A program made the translations under genes and the position numbers. 64,000 bases of DNA from Amoebidium appalachense (taxonomy: Eukaryota; Protista; Ichthyosporea). Where the stretch lies: contig CAVNZM010000011.1 in NCBI GenBank assembly GCA_963693365.1, positions 124,001 through 188,000 on the forward strand. Reading direction: 5' to 3'. Positions 12,328 to 26,396 of the stretch are shown here, one piece after another. Under the pieces are notes generated by a model. The model was not told the origin of the DNA. It saw nothing but the letters and a program-made list of their open reading frames with translations, and did not search any database. Each line of letters starts with the position of its first letter. Positions within the stretch are counted from its first letter, which is position 1.

Positions 12328-12928
12328 TGTACACGCACCACTAATGTATGCGCGCAACACATACACGCACACATCATGGCACACACACATGCGCACAAAC
12401 ACACACACACACGCACACGCGCACGCACACACACACACAGAGAGACACAAACACACACACACACACACACACACGCACGCACGCACGCACATGCACGCGC
12501 ACACACGCACACGTTCATTCCAATTTTTTCAGCTCCTGCAGGCTTCCACTCAAATCTTTCCGAAGGAACACTCAATAGCCCCGGCCCGGGGCTGGTTGGG
12601 TCTGTTGTCTCCCCGACCGTCAGTGCAAACCATAGGGTTTGTCTCTGTTTTGCAGACCAGCCATATTCCTGCCAAGGGCCATGTGGTGGTGCATGGCATC
12701 GACTGTCACGTGTGCCAGTGCCGCCTATCACGGCAGCACGGTGTCTGGCATGTGCACTTGCCCGGATAAGGGAATCCGTGGAAGGGAGAGGGGAGGGGGG
12801 GAGGGGGGGGGGGGGGGGGGAAGGGGGAGGGGGAGGGGGGAGAGGGGGGAAAGGGGGGAGCCACATATATGCAAACTCTCCAATAGTATCCTCTGCATGA
12901 GGATCAGCGCTGGGAGGGGGGGGGGGGT

Positions 12929-12964
<36 letters not shown>

Positions 12965-13239
12965 GAAGGAGAGGGGATACTAATATTCATGATACCGTGC
13001 ATTCCTTAGCTCACTCAGTGTCATTAATTAAAAAACATTCCGTAATACGAATACATATACCTGTAATATTACTGTAGGCCCCATGGCACACTAGCTCTGA
13101 GGCCGCATGCACATCAGGTAGAAGATGTGCCATCAGTGAACAGTGTGTTTTGGTTGTACCAGTTCAAGTTGAGGAGGAAGTAGTGTTACACAGATCTCAG
13201 TGTGTTCTATAGGCCCCAACCACATTGACAGTCAACTTT

Positions 13240-13662
13240 AAAAAGCAGAATCATATCTGCAAAAGCCGAATTATTCTGCAAAAAGCAGAATTATTCTGCA
13301 AAAAGCAGAATTATTCTGCAAAAGCAGAATCACTCGGCTTTTAGCAGAATTAATCTGCTTTTAGCAGAATTATTCCGCAAAAGCAGAATCACTCTGCTTT
13401 TAGCAGAATCCGATCTCTGCTTTTAGCAGAATTATTCTGCTTTTAGCAGAATAATTCCGCCAAAAGCAAAATAATTCTGCTTTCCACAGCAGAATTATTT
13501 CTGCTTTTAGCGGAATAATTCTGCTTTCAGCAGATTGATTCTGCTTATAGCAGATTGATTCTGCTTTTGTAGAATAATTCTGCGTTTGCTGATTAACTCT
13601 GCTTTTAGCAGAATAATTCTGCTTCTTACAGATTAATTCTGCTTCTTTTAGAATAATTCTGC
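13240..13662. repeat. Minisatellite of self-complementary ~20-bp units (AAAAGCAGAATTATTCTGC[TTTT]), about 20 units
   Basis: Repeated GCAGAAT-N-ATTCTGC dyads separated by A- or T-runs. Confidence 0.9.
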
Positions 13663-13808
13663 TCGGAGCAAGTTGACTCAGCCGATGTAGTTGGGCCCTC
13701 TTCTTCAGAGTAACTTGCTTTCTCATTATCAGTGGATTTTTTTTTTGTGTGTGTGTGTGTGTGTGTGTGTGGTGGTGGTGGTGGTGGTGGTGGTGGTGGT
13801 GGGCGGGT

Positions 13809-13859
<51 letters not shown>

Positions 13860-14232
13860 ATATGGGTCTTCGTCCCTCCCTTCGTCAAGCCACATTCCAC
13901 ATAGCATTTGGGCCGTCGCTTCCCCAAGCCCATGGAACAAAAATAGGCTATGGGGCATTACGCAGGAAGTTGCCAAATGTGTATCGTGATCCTTCACCTC
14001 CCCAGGCCACTTGCCAAATATGGACTATGGAAGTGCCTCCACACATGGTGGCCAGCCAACCCCCTGAGCCCGTAACCATACACGTGCACGTAGCCAGCCA
14101 AGGAGCCATGTGTGTCTGTCACCCTTTATTCCACCACAAACACACACCCGCAGGCACCTTCATCCTCCTCACACACATGTACTTGTCCGATACATACTAG
14201 ACCCCTCTCTCTCTCTCTCTCCCCCCCCCCCC

Positions 14233-14263
<31 letters not shown>

Positions 14264-15186
14264 ACAGGCACAGGCAACCACATGCACACACCCACATACT
14301 TGCACCCACATACTTACACCCACACACACACACGGACGTAGTTACACACACATGCTGAATACTGCACTTGCAGAGGCCGCCGAGTGCACGTGCATCATGT
14401 GCGATATCGTGAGGTGTTTCCTCGTGGACCAATAGGGAGAGAGGTGATGACATGCTACAGGGGAGGAAGGGCCAGGGGGGGGGGGGGGGGGATGGGAGAG
14501 GGAAGGACGGGGGGGAGGGGGGGGGAAGGGGAGGGGCTTATGGCCAGTGGGAGGGGAAGGGGGGAGAGGGGGGGGGGGGGGGGAAGGGGTATAATTAGAG
14601 GACGCTGTATGCGGAATGCATAGATGTGTCCGCGGCAGGCCCGGGACCAGATTCGACGGAATCAACGCTGCAAGGCACAGACTGATGATGGCGTATGTCG
14701 CCAGCATTTTACTCATTATTTCAGCCGCTACGGCTGTCCAAACCCCATACATGCTTAATCAAAAATACGTAGAAAACAAAGGCTCTTATTTTGGTACCAC
14801 GTTTTGCTACATAATAAATTTTTACACAAACTTTTGCAAAGTAAAACGTTAATGCACACCCCCTTTATAGAAGCCGAAATTCGAAATGTTGCACTGTCAA
14901 TCTAAATTGACCAATCAAATGTGCCAGCTCAAATTCGTAGGCTCCCCCTCACGGTTTCTCATCGCATGGCAATTTGAACTTCTAACGCCCCCGGCGCCAG
15001 CGGCGTTTTGGCTACAAAACCAAGTCTTACTTAGTTGAAGTTTATGTTTTTTTGTCGCGCTAAGCCACCTTTTAACCTGCCCTATGTATCTGATTCACGG
15101 CATCTCCACTGATAACCATATCGGGCCAGTACGGTGTGCGGCAGCACCACCTTCACGCCAGCAGTGTCGGTCTGAGATTTGATCCA

Positions 15187-15575
15187 GCCCATGCACAGTT
15201 TCATTTGAGCGAACTGCCAGTTTGCAGGCAGTAATTGACCGAGCCCATGCACAGTTTCATTTGAGCGAACTGCCAGCGTGCAGGCAGTGATTGGCCAAGC
15301 CCATGCACAGTTTCATTTGAGCGCACTGCCAGCGTGCAGGCAGTAATTGACCAAGCCCATGCACAGTTTCATTTGAGCGAACTGCCAGCGTGCAGGCAGT
15401 GATTGGCCAAGCCCATGCACAGTTTCAATTGAGCGCAGCGTGCAGGCAGTGATTGGCCAAGCCCATGCACAGTTTTATTTGAGGGAACTGCCAGCGTGCA
15501 GGCAGTGATTGGCCATGGCCAAGCCCATGCACAGTTTCATTTGAGCGCAGTGTGCAGGCAGTGATGGGCCAGCCT
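15187..15575. repeat. 56-bp tandem repeat, 7 copies
   Basis: GCCCATGCACAGTTTCATTTGAGCGAACTGCCAGCGTGCAGGCAGTGATTGGCCAA units start at 15187, 15243, 15299, 15355, 15411, 15461, 15523. Confidence 0.92.
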
Positions 15576-16159
15576 ATGCGGCAGCGCGGCATTGGGGGGG
15601 GGGGGGGGGGGGGGGGAGTGGGGGGAAACGGCAGGGAGGTGTTACAGGAGGGTTTGGGGGGGGGGGGCTGTGGGCAGTTTCGTGCACATAGTGGCAGGTA
15701 CTACGGCTAATCGCATCTCTCTGAAGATCAATGGCCACAGATACGAGTGGCACGGCCACAGGGGTGGTGATGAGCAGACATGGGCTGGAGGGTAGCTGGT
15801 TATTGGCTGTTCACAAGATAGGGCCATGCCTGATTCGCTGCAGATCACGTGGCCAGAAACCCATCATTATGCAGTGTATGTACAGGTACAGTGCGCTACG
15901 GCCCATGATGGCCATGGGTGCTTGCATGCAAGTTTGCGTCAAATCTCGGTGGCTCAAGGTGACTGCCTCCAATTGCTGGGCCTAGCACGGCCCTCTGCCT
16001 CTGAATATCAACAGGCACGGTGGGGCATCAAACACTGGCATTTATTAGTCTGCTGTGCCCAGCTACATTCGCAAATTGTTTCGGCGTGTGGCCTGCACAC
16101 ACCCACCCCACCCCCCCGCAGGAAGCCCGCTCCCCGTCCACCCATGTTTCGGCTGCAAC

Positions 16160-16267
16160 TCACTTTGCTGCCGGCTTGCCCCGTCCTCTGCCCTTTGCTG
16201 CCGCTGTAAGCCATGCAGTGTCAGCAAAACGGCCCCAGCCACAACCATCACCTAGCCATGCCCAAAC

Positions 16268-16309
<42 letters not shown>

Positions 16310-17252
16310 CGCCACCCACCCACCACCACCACCACAGACACACACACACATCAAATCTCCAGCCTAAATAGTTCGCATCGCACTCTTCCTCAAAACACCC
16401 CCCCCCCCCACAACCACCATCCACACACACACAATCTCCAGCCCAGGAAGGAGGCATCGCAACCTTCCAACCCCCCCCCCCCCCCCCCCCCCCCACCACC
16501 ACCACCACCCACCCACCCACGCACCTTGTGCTCTGAGAATGGCAGTCTTGCCCCTGCCCACGGCCTGGTTGCCCTTGATGCGCTTGAAGAACGGCGCGTT
16601 CTTGAGCATATCGGGCAGGATCAGGTAGCGGATCTTGCTGCCCCGCAGGTACACGTGCTCCATCCTGCCCACCTTGCCGTCCCGCCCCGTCACCGTCACA
16701 TCGCTCATCTGCACAAAAACACTCAGCTTAAATGGCATGCACCGTACCCGCCACACACTGCCTGCCTGCCCTTGCTTTTGCGTTCCGAGACACCCCATAG
16801 CACACACTCCCTCATTCCCCAACCCAAAAAGAAACAAACACAAACCATACCAATTGATTACACACCACCATGACTTCAGTACCCAGCCATTTCTCCCACT
16901 CCTGCCCCTGGCACCCGCAACAGCTAGTACGACACGGGCACAGTAAGTTGCAAATGATCCCCCAAGCCCCCCTGGTGTGCCCGTGCAAACTATGCCCATA
17001 AACATCAAGAACAAGCAGCCACCATAACACTTCCCTCCCCTTTCAGAACAGGCATACTTTGCCAATATCGGCACAAACAGGACATTTATAAAGATTTGTG
17101 TGCCATACCACACGGCCACCTGCAAAACATGCCCCCGCCAGCCACCATACTAACACCGCAACACAAAAGCAGCAGCTAGGGGCATCACTTGCAGGCAACC
17201 ACCAACCACTACAGGAGCGGTGAAAGATGCTTCAACAACGGTTGACCCCCCC

Positions 17253-17283
<31 letters not shown>

Positions 17284-18016
17284 AGACACACACACAACCC
17301 CCACCCCCCACCACCACCACCAAAAAAAAAAAAAAAAAAAAGACGCCCCCAAAGCTCCCGTAGCACCGCCAGAAACAGCAACACGGGCTAGGACACCATC
17401 GCCAGGGTCCAGCAAACCCCCCCCCCCCCCCCCTTTCTAGCCCAGCTGCCTAATTAATTCAACATTTCAAGCACCAACGATGCAGCAGCAGCATAGGCAT
17501 AAATCTTACAGAGAGATGTTCTTTAGCATACAAAAGAAAGATGCGGGGACTCCATGAGTGTTTATGATAGATAGAAAAGTGGAGCACTCAGACCAGGATG
17601 CAAGCCAGACCCTGGGTCAGCCTACGGGGTGCCCTCTCCCAGCAACAAACCCCACACACCTCCACCGTGAACAAGCAGCCAGTCCAGGCTAGAAACACAA
17701 AAGCTGGCCCACCAGAAAAACAAACTGCCCAGATCCAACACACAGAACACCACCTTCCAACAGCTGCTTGCCCCCCTTCTTTCTCCAATCAAAAAAAACT
17801 CGGCCACCACTTATCATGTCTACAGTGTCAGAGCAAGGGGACAGAACACATGGTGCCACTGGGGGCAAACCTGGGCACTCAATACCATTCAATCCCCTTC
17901 TCACAAGAGCACACAAGAGCGCCAAAGGACCACATGCAACTGTCCCCCCCTCCCCGTCCCCCCTCCCCCCCCCCCCCCCCCCCAAAAAAAAAATAACATT
18001 AAATAATAAAATATGT

Positions 18017-18059
<43 letters not shown>

Positions 18060-18077
18060 ACACACAGACACACATAG

Positions 18078-18130
<53 letters not shown>

Positions 18131-18255
18131 AAGCAATTGAAGTTGTCCTCTGCCTCGTCCAGCTTCCCTCGGTATAGCTCCCCCGTCTTCAACTCGACTG
18201 TGAGTACGTGGCCCTGTGCTTCATGCAGCAATTTAACGGGTACACCGATAGACAT
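16160..18255 (-). CDS. SNRPD3: Small nuclear ribonucleoprotein Sm D3 (117 aa)
   Basis: Exons 18255-18130, 16708-16525, 16203-16160 give [42 protein letters not shown]|[42 protein letters not shown]...[11 protein letters not shown]|[14 protein letters not shown]. Sm1/Sm2 motifs and RG tail present. Confidence 0.98.
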
Positions 18256-18558
18256 TCTACCTGTATCTGGGCTCTACGCCACTACTTCTATATATGCTAT
18301 GTGAGGGTTGCTGGTGCACGCAGAGACACTGCTACGACCTGTATAAACGCTATAGGGATGGATGGGTGCTGGGTGGCTGGATGGACCCTGGATGCCTGCC
18401 GGATGCAATATAGCGCTTGCTCCTTTGTTTTTTTTTTCCACAAGTTTTTCCGTTCTTCGTTTCGGTGTTTGCCAGCGGACTGCAGACTTTCCGAGACATC
18501 TGGCGCCAAAATCCCTGCCATATATGGTCAGTACATACCACTGCTTATTGGCCGCCTT

Positions 18559-18600
18559 CCTTAGTGTTTGCGCAAACACTAAGGGTGTTTGCGCAAACAC
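18559..18600. promoter_or_regulatory. 26-bp perfect palindrome plus a second 16-bp copy upstream of Sm D3
   Basis: CCTTAGTGTTTGCGCAAACACTAAGG followed by GTGTTTGCGCAAACAC, about 300 bp 5' of the Sm D3 ATG. Function inferred. Confidence 0.4.
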
Positions 18601-18761
18601 ATTTATTATTATATATTTTTATTATTATTATTATTATTATTATTTTTTTTTTTTTTTTTTTTTTTTTTTGTTTTGTGTCGCGGCGGTTGATCAAGCTCAG
18701 ACTTCGACAGTCCGAGCAGGCAGGCCATGGCGCAGTGACCCTGACCCCCCCTTTATATTTT

Positions 18762-18963
<202 letters not shown>

Positions 18964-20327
18964 AGTCTCGCCAAAAGGGAAAACTGTGTGTACGTGTCTG
19001 TGCGTGTGTGTGCGTGCGTTCATGTGCGTGTGCGCGTGTACTGCACGTCCAAGTGTATGTGTGTGCACGCGCTCACGTGTGCGCGTGTGCGTGTGTCTGT
19101 GCGTGTGTGCGTGCATGCGTGCATGCGTGCGCGCGTGTGTGTGTGCGTGTGTGCGTGTGTGTGTGTGCACGTGCATGTGTGTGTGTGTGTGTGTGTGTGT
19201 GCTTTCAACTCCGTTCCGGCCGTTGAGAACAGAGTTGAAAAGCGCTCTATTTGGGCAAATAATACAGAGAATATGCAGCTGCAGCTGTGTTAGTCTCCAT
19301 GGCTTAGTATCCGCTGGCTTACGTAGAGAGAGAGAGAGAGAAGAGAGAGAGAGGTCGCAGGGAGACAGCAATAGAGTGACTACAGCTGCGTCGAATTCAT
19401 GCTCAATTTGGAAATTACGCGGGCAGTGAAAATGAGCCCCAGTCATGGGACTTCTTGAAACAGTTCTCCGTTTATTTACACACACACGTGACACACACAC
19501 ACACACACACACACCACACACAGACACACACAAGTGCGTGCGCACACACACACACACACCGTGACACGCGCAAACACACGTGCCATAGCACCGTAACCTT
19601 GTAGTACCAGAGCCTGGATAACGAAGAAGGGTAGCATGCAGCAGTGTACGTATACTAAAAATAAATAGTTTGAGCTTCTATTCTTGGTAAGCGTATTAGA
19701 AACCGTTATAGGCGTGTGCGTGCTTACATCATGGGACAGACACACACACCGCACAAGCACACAAGCACACACATACGAACATACTCGCACTCAAGTTCGT
19801 CGCCTAGTACACCCTGTACACAGTCTCATTACACACCCACAAGGAAGTTCACACGAGCAGTGTTAAGGACTGCATGCATGCATACACATGGATGTGCTCA
19901 GGGGGCCACGTTGATGACACATGGTGCTTGCTTGCCAAACAATCATTGTACTGTGCTAGCATTCATGGTTACACGCATCAGCATAGTCATGGCAGAGGGA
20001 TTGGATTCACGCCAAGAAAAGGAAATGGCAGCCGGCGAGAGCCATCCATATCATGTGCAGAAGTTAAAGATATCACCGGGGCACTCATTGACTCATCACA
20101 GTCCCTTTATTCACTTATGCCGAGGATATAAAAAAAAGACATTCAGATCCTATTTTCTGTTCGCTCTTCTGTTTGCTCAACCGTCATCAATGTGCAAGTT
20201 CGTATGTCATATGATACAATGTTTGTGTGGCTGTGGCAAGGCATTACGGGCCTCTCTTTCACACCGGATATACACAGACTAAATTGCTTCTACGTATGTG
20301 CGCTAACACTAAGCACAAGCATGTTGT

Positions 20328-21401
20328 CTATGCTTGGCTGACGACCTTGCCCCGGTTGGAGTACAGCTTGTATCCGATGGCCCCACCCACCACACCAGCT
20401 ACGCAGGCCACTGCTGCGCCCACCCCAATGCTCAGCCTCTCGACTTGGCTCAGCCCTGTGGTGTCCTCCGCCAGCTGTGCTGATCGGCGCTTGTGGCCGG
20501 CAGGGACCTCCTCGACCAGCGCCCGGAATGCGCTCTTGTCCATGGTTGCAGTCATCTCGGGCTCGGCACCGGTGCCCGCTGGCGTGGCCGTCTTTGTGGG
20601 CTTGGAGGGCTTGGCCGCATCGGAACCGTCCTCGGGATCCTCAGGGGTATCGGGCTTCGTCTCGTCGGTGCTGTCACCCTCATCCATGCTGGTCTCCGTG
20701 GGCTTGGCAGGCTCCTCCGATGGCTTGGCCGGCTCCTTCGAGGCATCATCAGCCTCAGTTGCTGTGGGCTCGGCAGTCTCCTTATCCTTGGACGGTGTCT
20801 CCGCGGCGGCAGACTCGTCGGGCTTGGCGGGCTCCTCCCCAGCAGCAGTGGCTGCGGGAGTCTTGTCTGCAGCAGCCGTCTCTGCAGGCTTGTCGGCGGG
20901 CTTCTCTGCAGCAGCCGTCTCTGCAGGCTTGTCGCCAGCAGCAGTCTCGGCAGGCTTCTCTGCAGCAGCGGTCTCGGCAGGCTTCTCTGCAGCAGCGGTC
21001 TCGGCGGGCTTCTCTGCAGCAGCGGTCTCGGCGGGCTTGGCGACCTCTGCTGCGGGCTTGCTTGCCTCGGCAGCAGCAGTGGCACCGGCCTCGGGGGCGG
21101 CAGAGGTGGCTGCGGGGACAGCAGCGGCGGTGGTGGGGGTGGCTGCGGCTTCCTCGACCTTGGTCTTAATATCGGCGGCAGCCTCGGCAGCGGCCGTCTT
21201 CACGGCATCAGCTGCGCTGGTGGCAGCCCCCTCGGCCTTGGTCTTGGCCTCATCGATGGCCGTGGCAATGGCCGAGCCTGCAGCTGCAACCTCGGTCTTG
21301 ACGGCCGCTACAGCGGTCTTGGCCGCATCCACTACGGGATTCTGGGCAAGCACGGCAGAGGCCGCGGCGAGCACGGCAACGGTGGTGGCGAGGGCATGCA
21401 T
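20328..21401 (-). CDS. Ala/Thr/Pro/Glu-rich type I membrane (mucin-like) protein, paralog A (357 aa)
   Basis: Single ORF with signal peptide MHALATTVAVLAAASAVLA, EKPAETAAA repeats, HKRR-S basic site, hydrophobic IGVGAAVACVAGVVGGAIGY segment and a short tail. Confidence 0.88.
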   Translation of the reverse strand: MHALATTVAVLAAASAVLAQNPVVDAAKTAVAAVKTEVAAAGSAIATAIDEAKTKAEGAATSAADAVKTAAAEAAADIKTKVEEAAATPTTAAAVPAATSAAPEAGATAAAEASKPAAEVAKPAETAAAEKPAETAAAEKPAETAAAEKPAETAAGDKPAETAAAEKPADKPAETAAADKTPAATAAGEEPAKPDESAAAETPSKDKETAEPTATEADDASKEPAKPSEEPAKPTETSMDEGDSTDETKPDTPEDPEDGSDAAKPSKPTKTATPAGTGAEPEMTATMDKSAFRALVEEVPAGHKRRSAQLAEDTTGLSQVERLSIGVGAAVACVAGVVGGAIGYKLYSNRGKVVSQA

Positions 21402-22147
21402 GTTTGAGACAAAGTGTATCACTGTGTAGGGGATTGGAAGAGCAACTTTCAACGGCTAACCGCTACACACAACAAATGTGACGGGTCTGAGGGGCGCAGA
21501 GCCGTTTTATCACATGTGCAAGTACAGTGCAACCTAAATTTTTTATGGCGCGGGGTGATCGCATTGGCTGCTTTTACTTTGCCCGCATTCCAAAGTCGAG
21601 ATGTAAGGGTCGTCGTTCTGCCAATCAGCAAAGAGTCTGGGAGCAGTGCAAATATCACCTATTTTCAGCTGCCATCTGAAACACATATATTACGTCGGGT
21701 ATCAACACAATTTCTTGTTCAAAACTATATATTTAAGATTTGAGAGAGAAAAGTTTCTCCATATTACCATCATCAGGCTATTTCCGTTCGAGGGCTGCAA
21801 ATAAGAGCCCAGGGCTTCTTCTTACATTGCTTTGAGGACACCCCACCAATCAGTGTGACCGTACGTTTTACTGAAAGATCCTGTGCATTCCTTCGGCTGC
21901 CACAGCCTGCCCCGGAGGTCTTAGCAAAAAAACTTTGAGAAAACGTAAAAAAACGAAAGAAAAAACAGCGGACAAGGAAGTAGAATTTGCTCCCCCATCT
22001 ATGACTTATATACTGTACGTTTTTTGGTGGATGTACCGTAAGCGGCTGCAATGATCATTGAATAACCAAATTGGATGACTTGGCAACAAAATAGCACATT
22101 CAGATTGGAAAAGCCATTAATGCCGCGTGACCCCCGGCCCCCGGCCC

Positions 22148-22205
<58 letters not shown>

Positions 22206-23314
22206 AGCTTGGTTGTTTTTGTATTGTTTCTTTACTAATTCATGATATGTAATTTTTTCCTGCATTAAGTAGTATACTCAAGTCATTATTGGTAAATATC
22301 ACCTGGCTGTCGCGGACGCATAAGACCGGCCCGCTGCAGTTCAAGGCCAGACGTGTCACGTGCACCTCACAGGCAGTTTTGAGCCGAAATTTTTCTACAG
22401 AAATGTTACCAAAATTTGGAATACTGTTGAACGGTTACCTATTCAGCGAAGCGAACTCTTATTATTAATCACGCTCAACATGCGCCAGCCCATATCACGC
22501 TCAACATGCGCCAGCCCAGCAAGACCACATTGGGCTGCAGGCTGCGGGCCTAATATTTAGTGACAGTCAGGCCATCCAATTGGCTGGAATTAGTGAGGCA
22601 TGCGTGGTTCGGAATCACCATGTGTCAATCCTTCGGACACAGGTCGAGGAGGGTAAAAAGTAAATAAACACGCCTAAACCAATGATCCCAGAATATCGCT
22701 ATATCAATAGTAACTAATAATCGACGCGATGCTAGAATAATAATAAAAAAACATGTTAATTTTCTTCGGTTTTTTTCAATTAAAAAATCAATACTTGATT
22801 GAAATCTTTTCTCCGGGACCGTCGTTCCTTTTGAACGGATGATCAGCGAGTCGATGAGGTTAGTTCACTTGATGAGGCTGGCAAAAGTGATTGCACGTCC
22901 GGTCTAGCCACGAGTGGGTGACGTGAAACAAAGCCCGGCCGTGACTGCTAAGCCCTTGCCAGGTTGCAGTTGCCAGGTTGCAGGGGAGCTGAGCGTGCTT
23001 GCAAATATTGCATATACGAGTGGTTCTGTGACTTTTTCTCCGAGTGAGCTTGAAACGTGGCGTGGTGATGTCATCGTGAAACAGGTATATTCTTGCCAAT
23101 CCCAGTGGAACTGTGCAAAGTCCGGAATGAAGGCTTGACGCCTGCAGCCACAGCAATTGCCGCCACCCATGCACCAAGCCAGTCAGCCAGCCACGCACCC
23201 ATCTCCCCCCACGTACACATCCAGGCACACACACACGCACGCACACGCACACACGATTACGCAGGCCCAAGGGCTGTGACACGTGCACACCACACGTGCA
23301 CGAGCACGCATTCA

Positions 23315-23433
<119 letters not shown>

Positions 23434-24958
23434 CACACGCACGCACGCATAATCGGCACACCATCATGCAGCACGTGCACACACAATCACAAAAGAACGG
23501 TCACGGGGGTACACTGGCATCCATTCACCCAGAACCATACCCATTGCAACGCAATGTGTACGCTGTGGCAAGGGGCACACACCAGGACTTATGCGGGCAC
23601 GAACACACACAGGCACACACCGCCATTGTTATGGCCGCAGGCACCACAGGCACAGGACGCCAGGGTTGCTTGCTGCAACAGCTTGGCGCACTCACACCGC
23701 CAGACGTACTGACCCCGCCGTTGCAACCACACACACATATCCAAACGCACACCGGGACAGTTTCTCACACACGAATGTACATTAATACCCAAGGCACAAA
23801 TACAACTGCGCTCCTGAGGACACACACCCACGTCTTAACGTGCTCCTCCCCACCCTCCCCCAACCCCCCAAAACACGCACACACAGGAATATTAGTTTTG
23901 TAGTACATACACCTGCTGTGATAAACGTTGAACAGAACATGACGGGTTCACGGCATACACACTTCTATGTGCACATACCAGCTGGCAGCACTCAACCCGC
24001 CTAGTGTGATCAACTAAAAAAGACAGGCGCTCAGATCCAAAGTGCACCATAAATTCACTTCTACACGTTTTCGAACCCCACATCAGAAAGCACTTCCCAG
24101 ATCCCATGGCATTAACCAAGAAGGTGGCACCTCCATACCTCTCCAGGTCATCACGCTCCGTTCCAGAAGAGGGCCCTTATGCTACGGTCTGCACAGGCTA
24201 GGCCCAACGCGTATAGCTGAACCAGGGTCTTGCTGTCGTTGCGGCTCAGTGAGTGTGTGCGCCGTTTGTGGGACAACGACACGAGCAATACTAGCCCCCA
24301 AGGCGGCTGGCTGACACTTACAGCACCCGCGACCCACCCGTGATGGCACACGTATGAGATACGCCAGAGGTTGGCGGACACCCGTGAGGACCATGGTCTT
24401 CTTTAGCAGGCCGGGTGCAGGTGCATTACACACCTGGGTTCGAAACTTCTGGCACGGAGCGGCATGGCCTGTTTATTTGTAAATACATATGGTGCTGCCA
24501 TAGGATCGCAAGCACAGTAATTTAATGTCGCAGCTGCCATGACTTTCTACTTAGACCGAATCCAAAGCGGCCGGTCACGGTGACTTGTTTGGCCACCGTC
24601 TGTAGTTCTCTCTGTAGTGTGATCCGGGCTGAAGATGGCGCGCTGATTACGTCACTGCTCGATCAACCACTCAGCAGGGCCCGGTTTTTGCGCAAATATC
24701 ATGCACGTACGAAAATGTCGTTTGAACAACACCGCTGCAGCGCAGCGCTACAGCCGGAAAAGAGAGCAAGGCCTCCTCAGTCGGACAGCGCAGTCATCAT
24801 AACGAGTAGGCTAACCGTTCAAGCGAAAACACAGTATCATCGAGCGAAAAGAGAGTAACACACTGAGCGTGAAGAGAGTAACATCATAACTTCTGGGAGA
24901 TCAAGCAATTGCAAACGGACAGAGAGTAGGCAGAGGGCGAACACACATCAGAGCAGCC

Positions 24959-25452
24959 ATGGATCCGCCCCAGGAGGTTGTGCAGCGGCCTAGCTTTGCC
25001 CTGCGTGCAACGCTGTGGGTGTGTGTCCCCCCCCCCCTGTGTTGGTCGCCTGGGCACTGCCCCAGTGGTGCTCGTGGTAGCGCAACAGGCAGATGTTGCA
25101 CGTGTCCAAGTTGGCTTTGCCGCCGCCCTAGGACACAAACATGGGTATATGGGCGTCTTTCTCGTCCTCCTCCGTGCGCTTTCCAACGCACCCTTGGAGA
25201 CGTGACCTGGTGCGTTGTGTCCTGGGTGTAGGTTAGCGATCCAGAAAAAGGCTGTGCTGGCACTGTGAGGGTAATTAGGGCCTGAAGCATAAAACGATAC
25301 TGTCTCTACTCTCACACACACGAGACACTACACACAGGCTCTACGTACTTCCGATCTGTGCAACCGCACGGGGGCAATTAACCACACAACAAAAAAAGAT
25401 TGAACATTCAGATACATACAAAAGCATCCAAGCACACACACGTACACACACA

Positions 25453-25544
<92 letters not shown>

Positions 25545-25709
25545 AACACACACACACACACACATTGACACTTCTTACTCACTCACATACACACACACAC
25601 ACGCACATACACCACACAGACACACAGCTTTGCGTGCACACGCGTGCAAAAAACCCATCTTCACACACACAAACACAAACACACACACACACACACACAC
25701 ACAGTTTCG

Positions 25710-25800
<91 letters not shown>

Positions 25801-26360
25801 TCGTCTACACACACACACACACACACTCACACACAAGTGCGTAGACACCCACTAAAACAAACATACAGAAACAGACACACATACTTGTGCACACACACAC
25901 GTGTACACCAATTCTCCGTCTGATCCTGGGTTCGAACTCAGCTGAAGCCTTTTCCAACTATGAACCAATCCCTTTAGACTACCCAAGAACTCAAAACAAG
26001 TTCTCAATATCTCTCTTAATCAATTTTCTGAACCATGTTAACTATGATTTTGCATTTTCCATGCATAGGGTTTTGATGTTTTATTTAGATATCCGAGCCC
26101 CGTAGAGAAATAGAAGAGAAGAACCTTGAGAAAGATATCCTGTAACCTCCCAGCGGGCCTTGAATGTCTACTTCGTACTCTGTGACACACTCTAGAGCCC
26201 CCCTCCCCCCCTCCCCCTCCACACACACACGCACACACACAAACACATTCTATATATCCGCTTTTGCGTTTGTTTAAGAACATACGCCTTATACACACAT
26301 TCAAGCAAGCGAACAAACATGGCCCGCTCACACACTCACACACCACACACGTCCTCCTTG

Positions 26361-26396
<36 letters not shown>

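Noticed and set aside
13240-15575. CRISPR-like appearance of the palindromic and 56-bp arrays
   Set aside because: No unique spacers, no cas genes, and a eukaryotic context.
20227-21429. Long antisense and alternative-frame ORFs over paralog A (and 46445-48002 over paralog B)
   Set aside because: Shadow ORFs from GC-rich Ala/Pro/Thr codons. Only the minus-strand frame has a signal peptide, a TM segment and paralog conservation.
24435-25940. GGTTCGAA B-box-like motifs (about 24437 and 25929; also about 48633)
   Set aside because: I could not build a tRNA cloverleaf or find a correctly spaced A-box.
26169-26189. TACTTCGTACTCTG..ACACA shared with the reverse complement of about 58440-58460
   Set aside because: A 19/21 match is roughly at chance level for a 64-kb self-comparison and does not extend.
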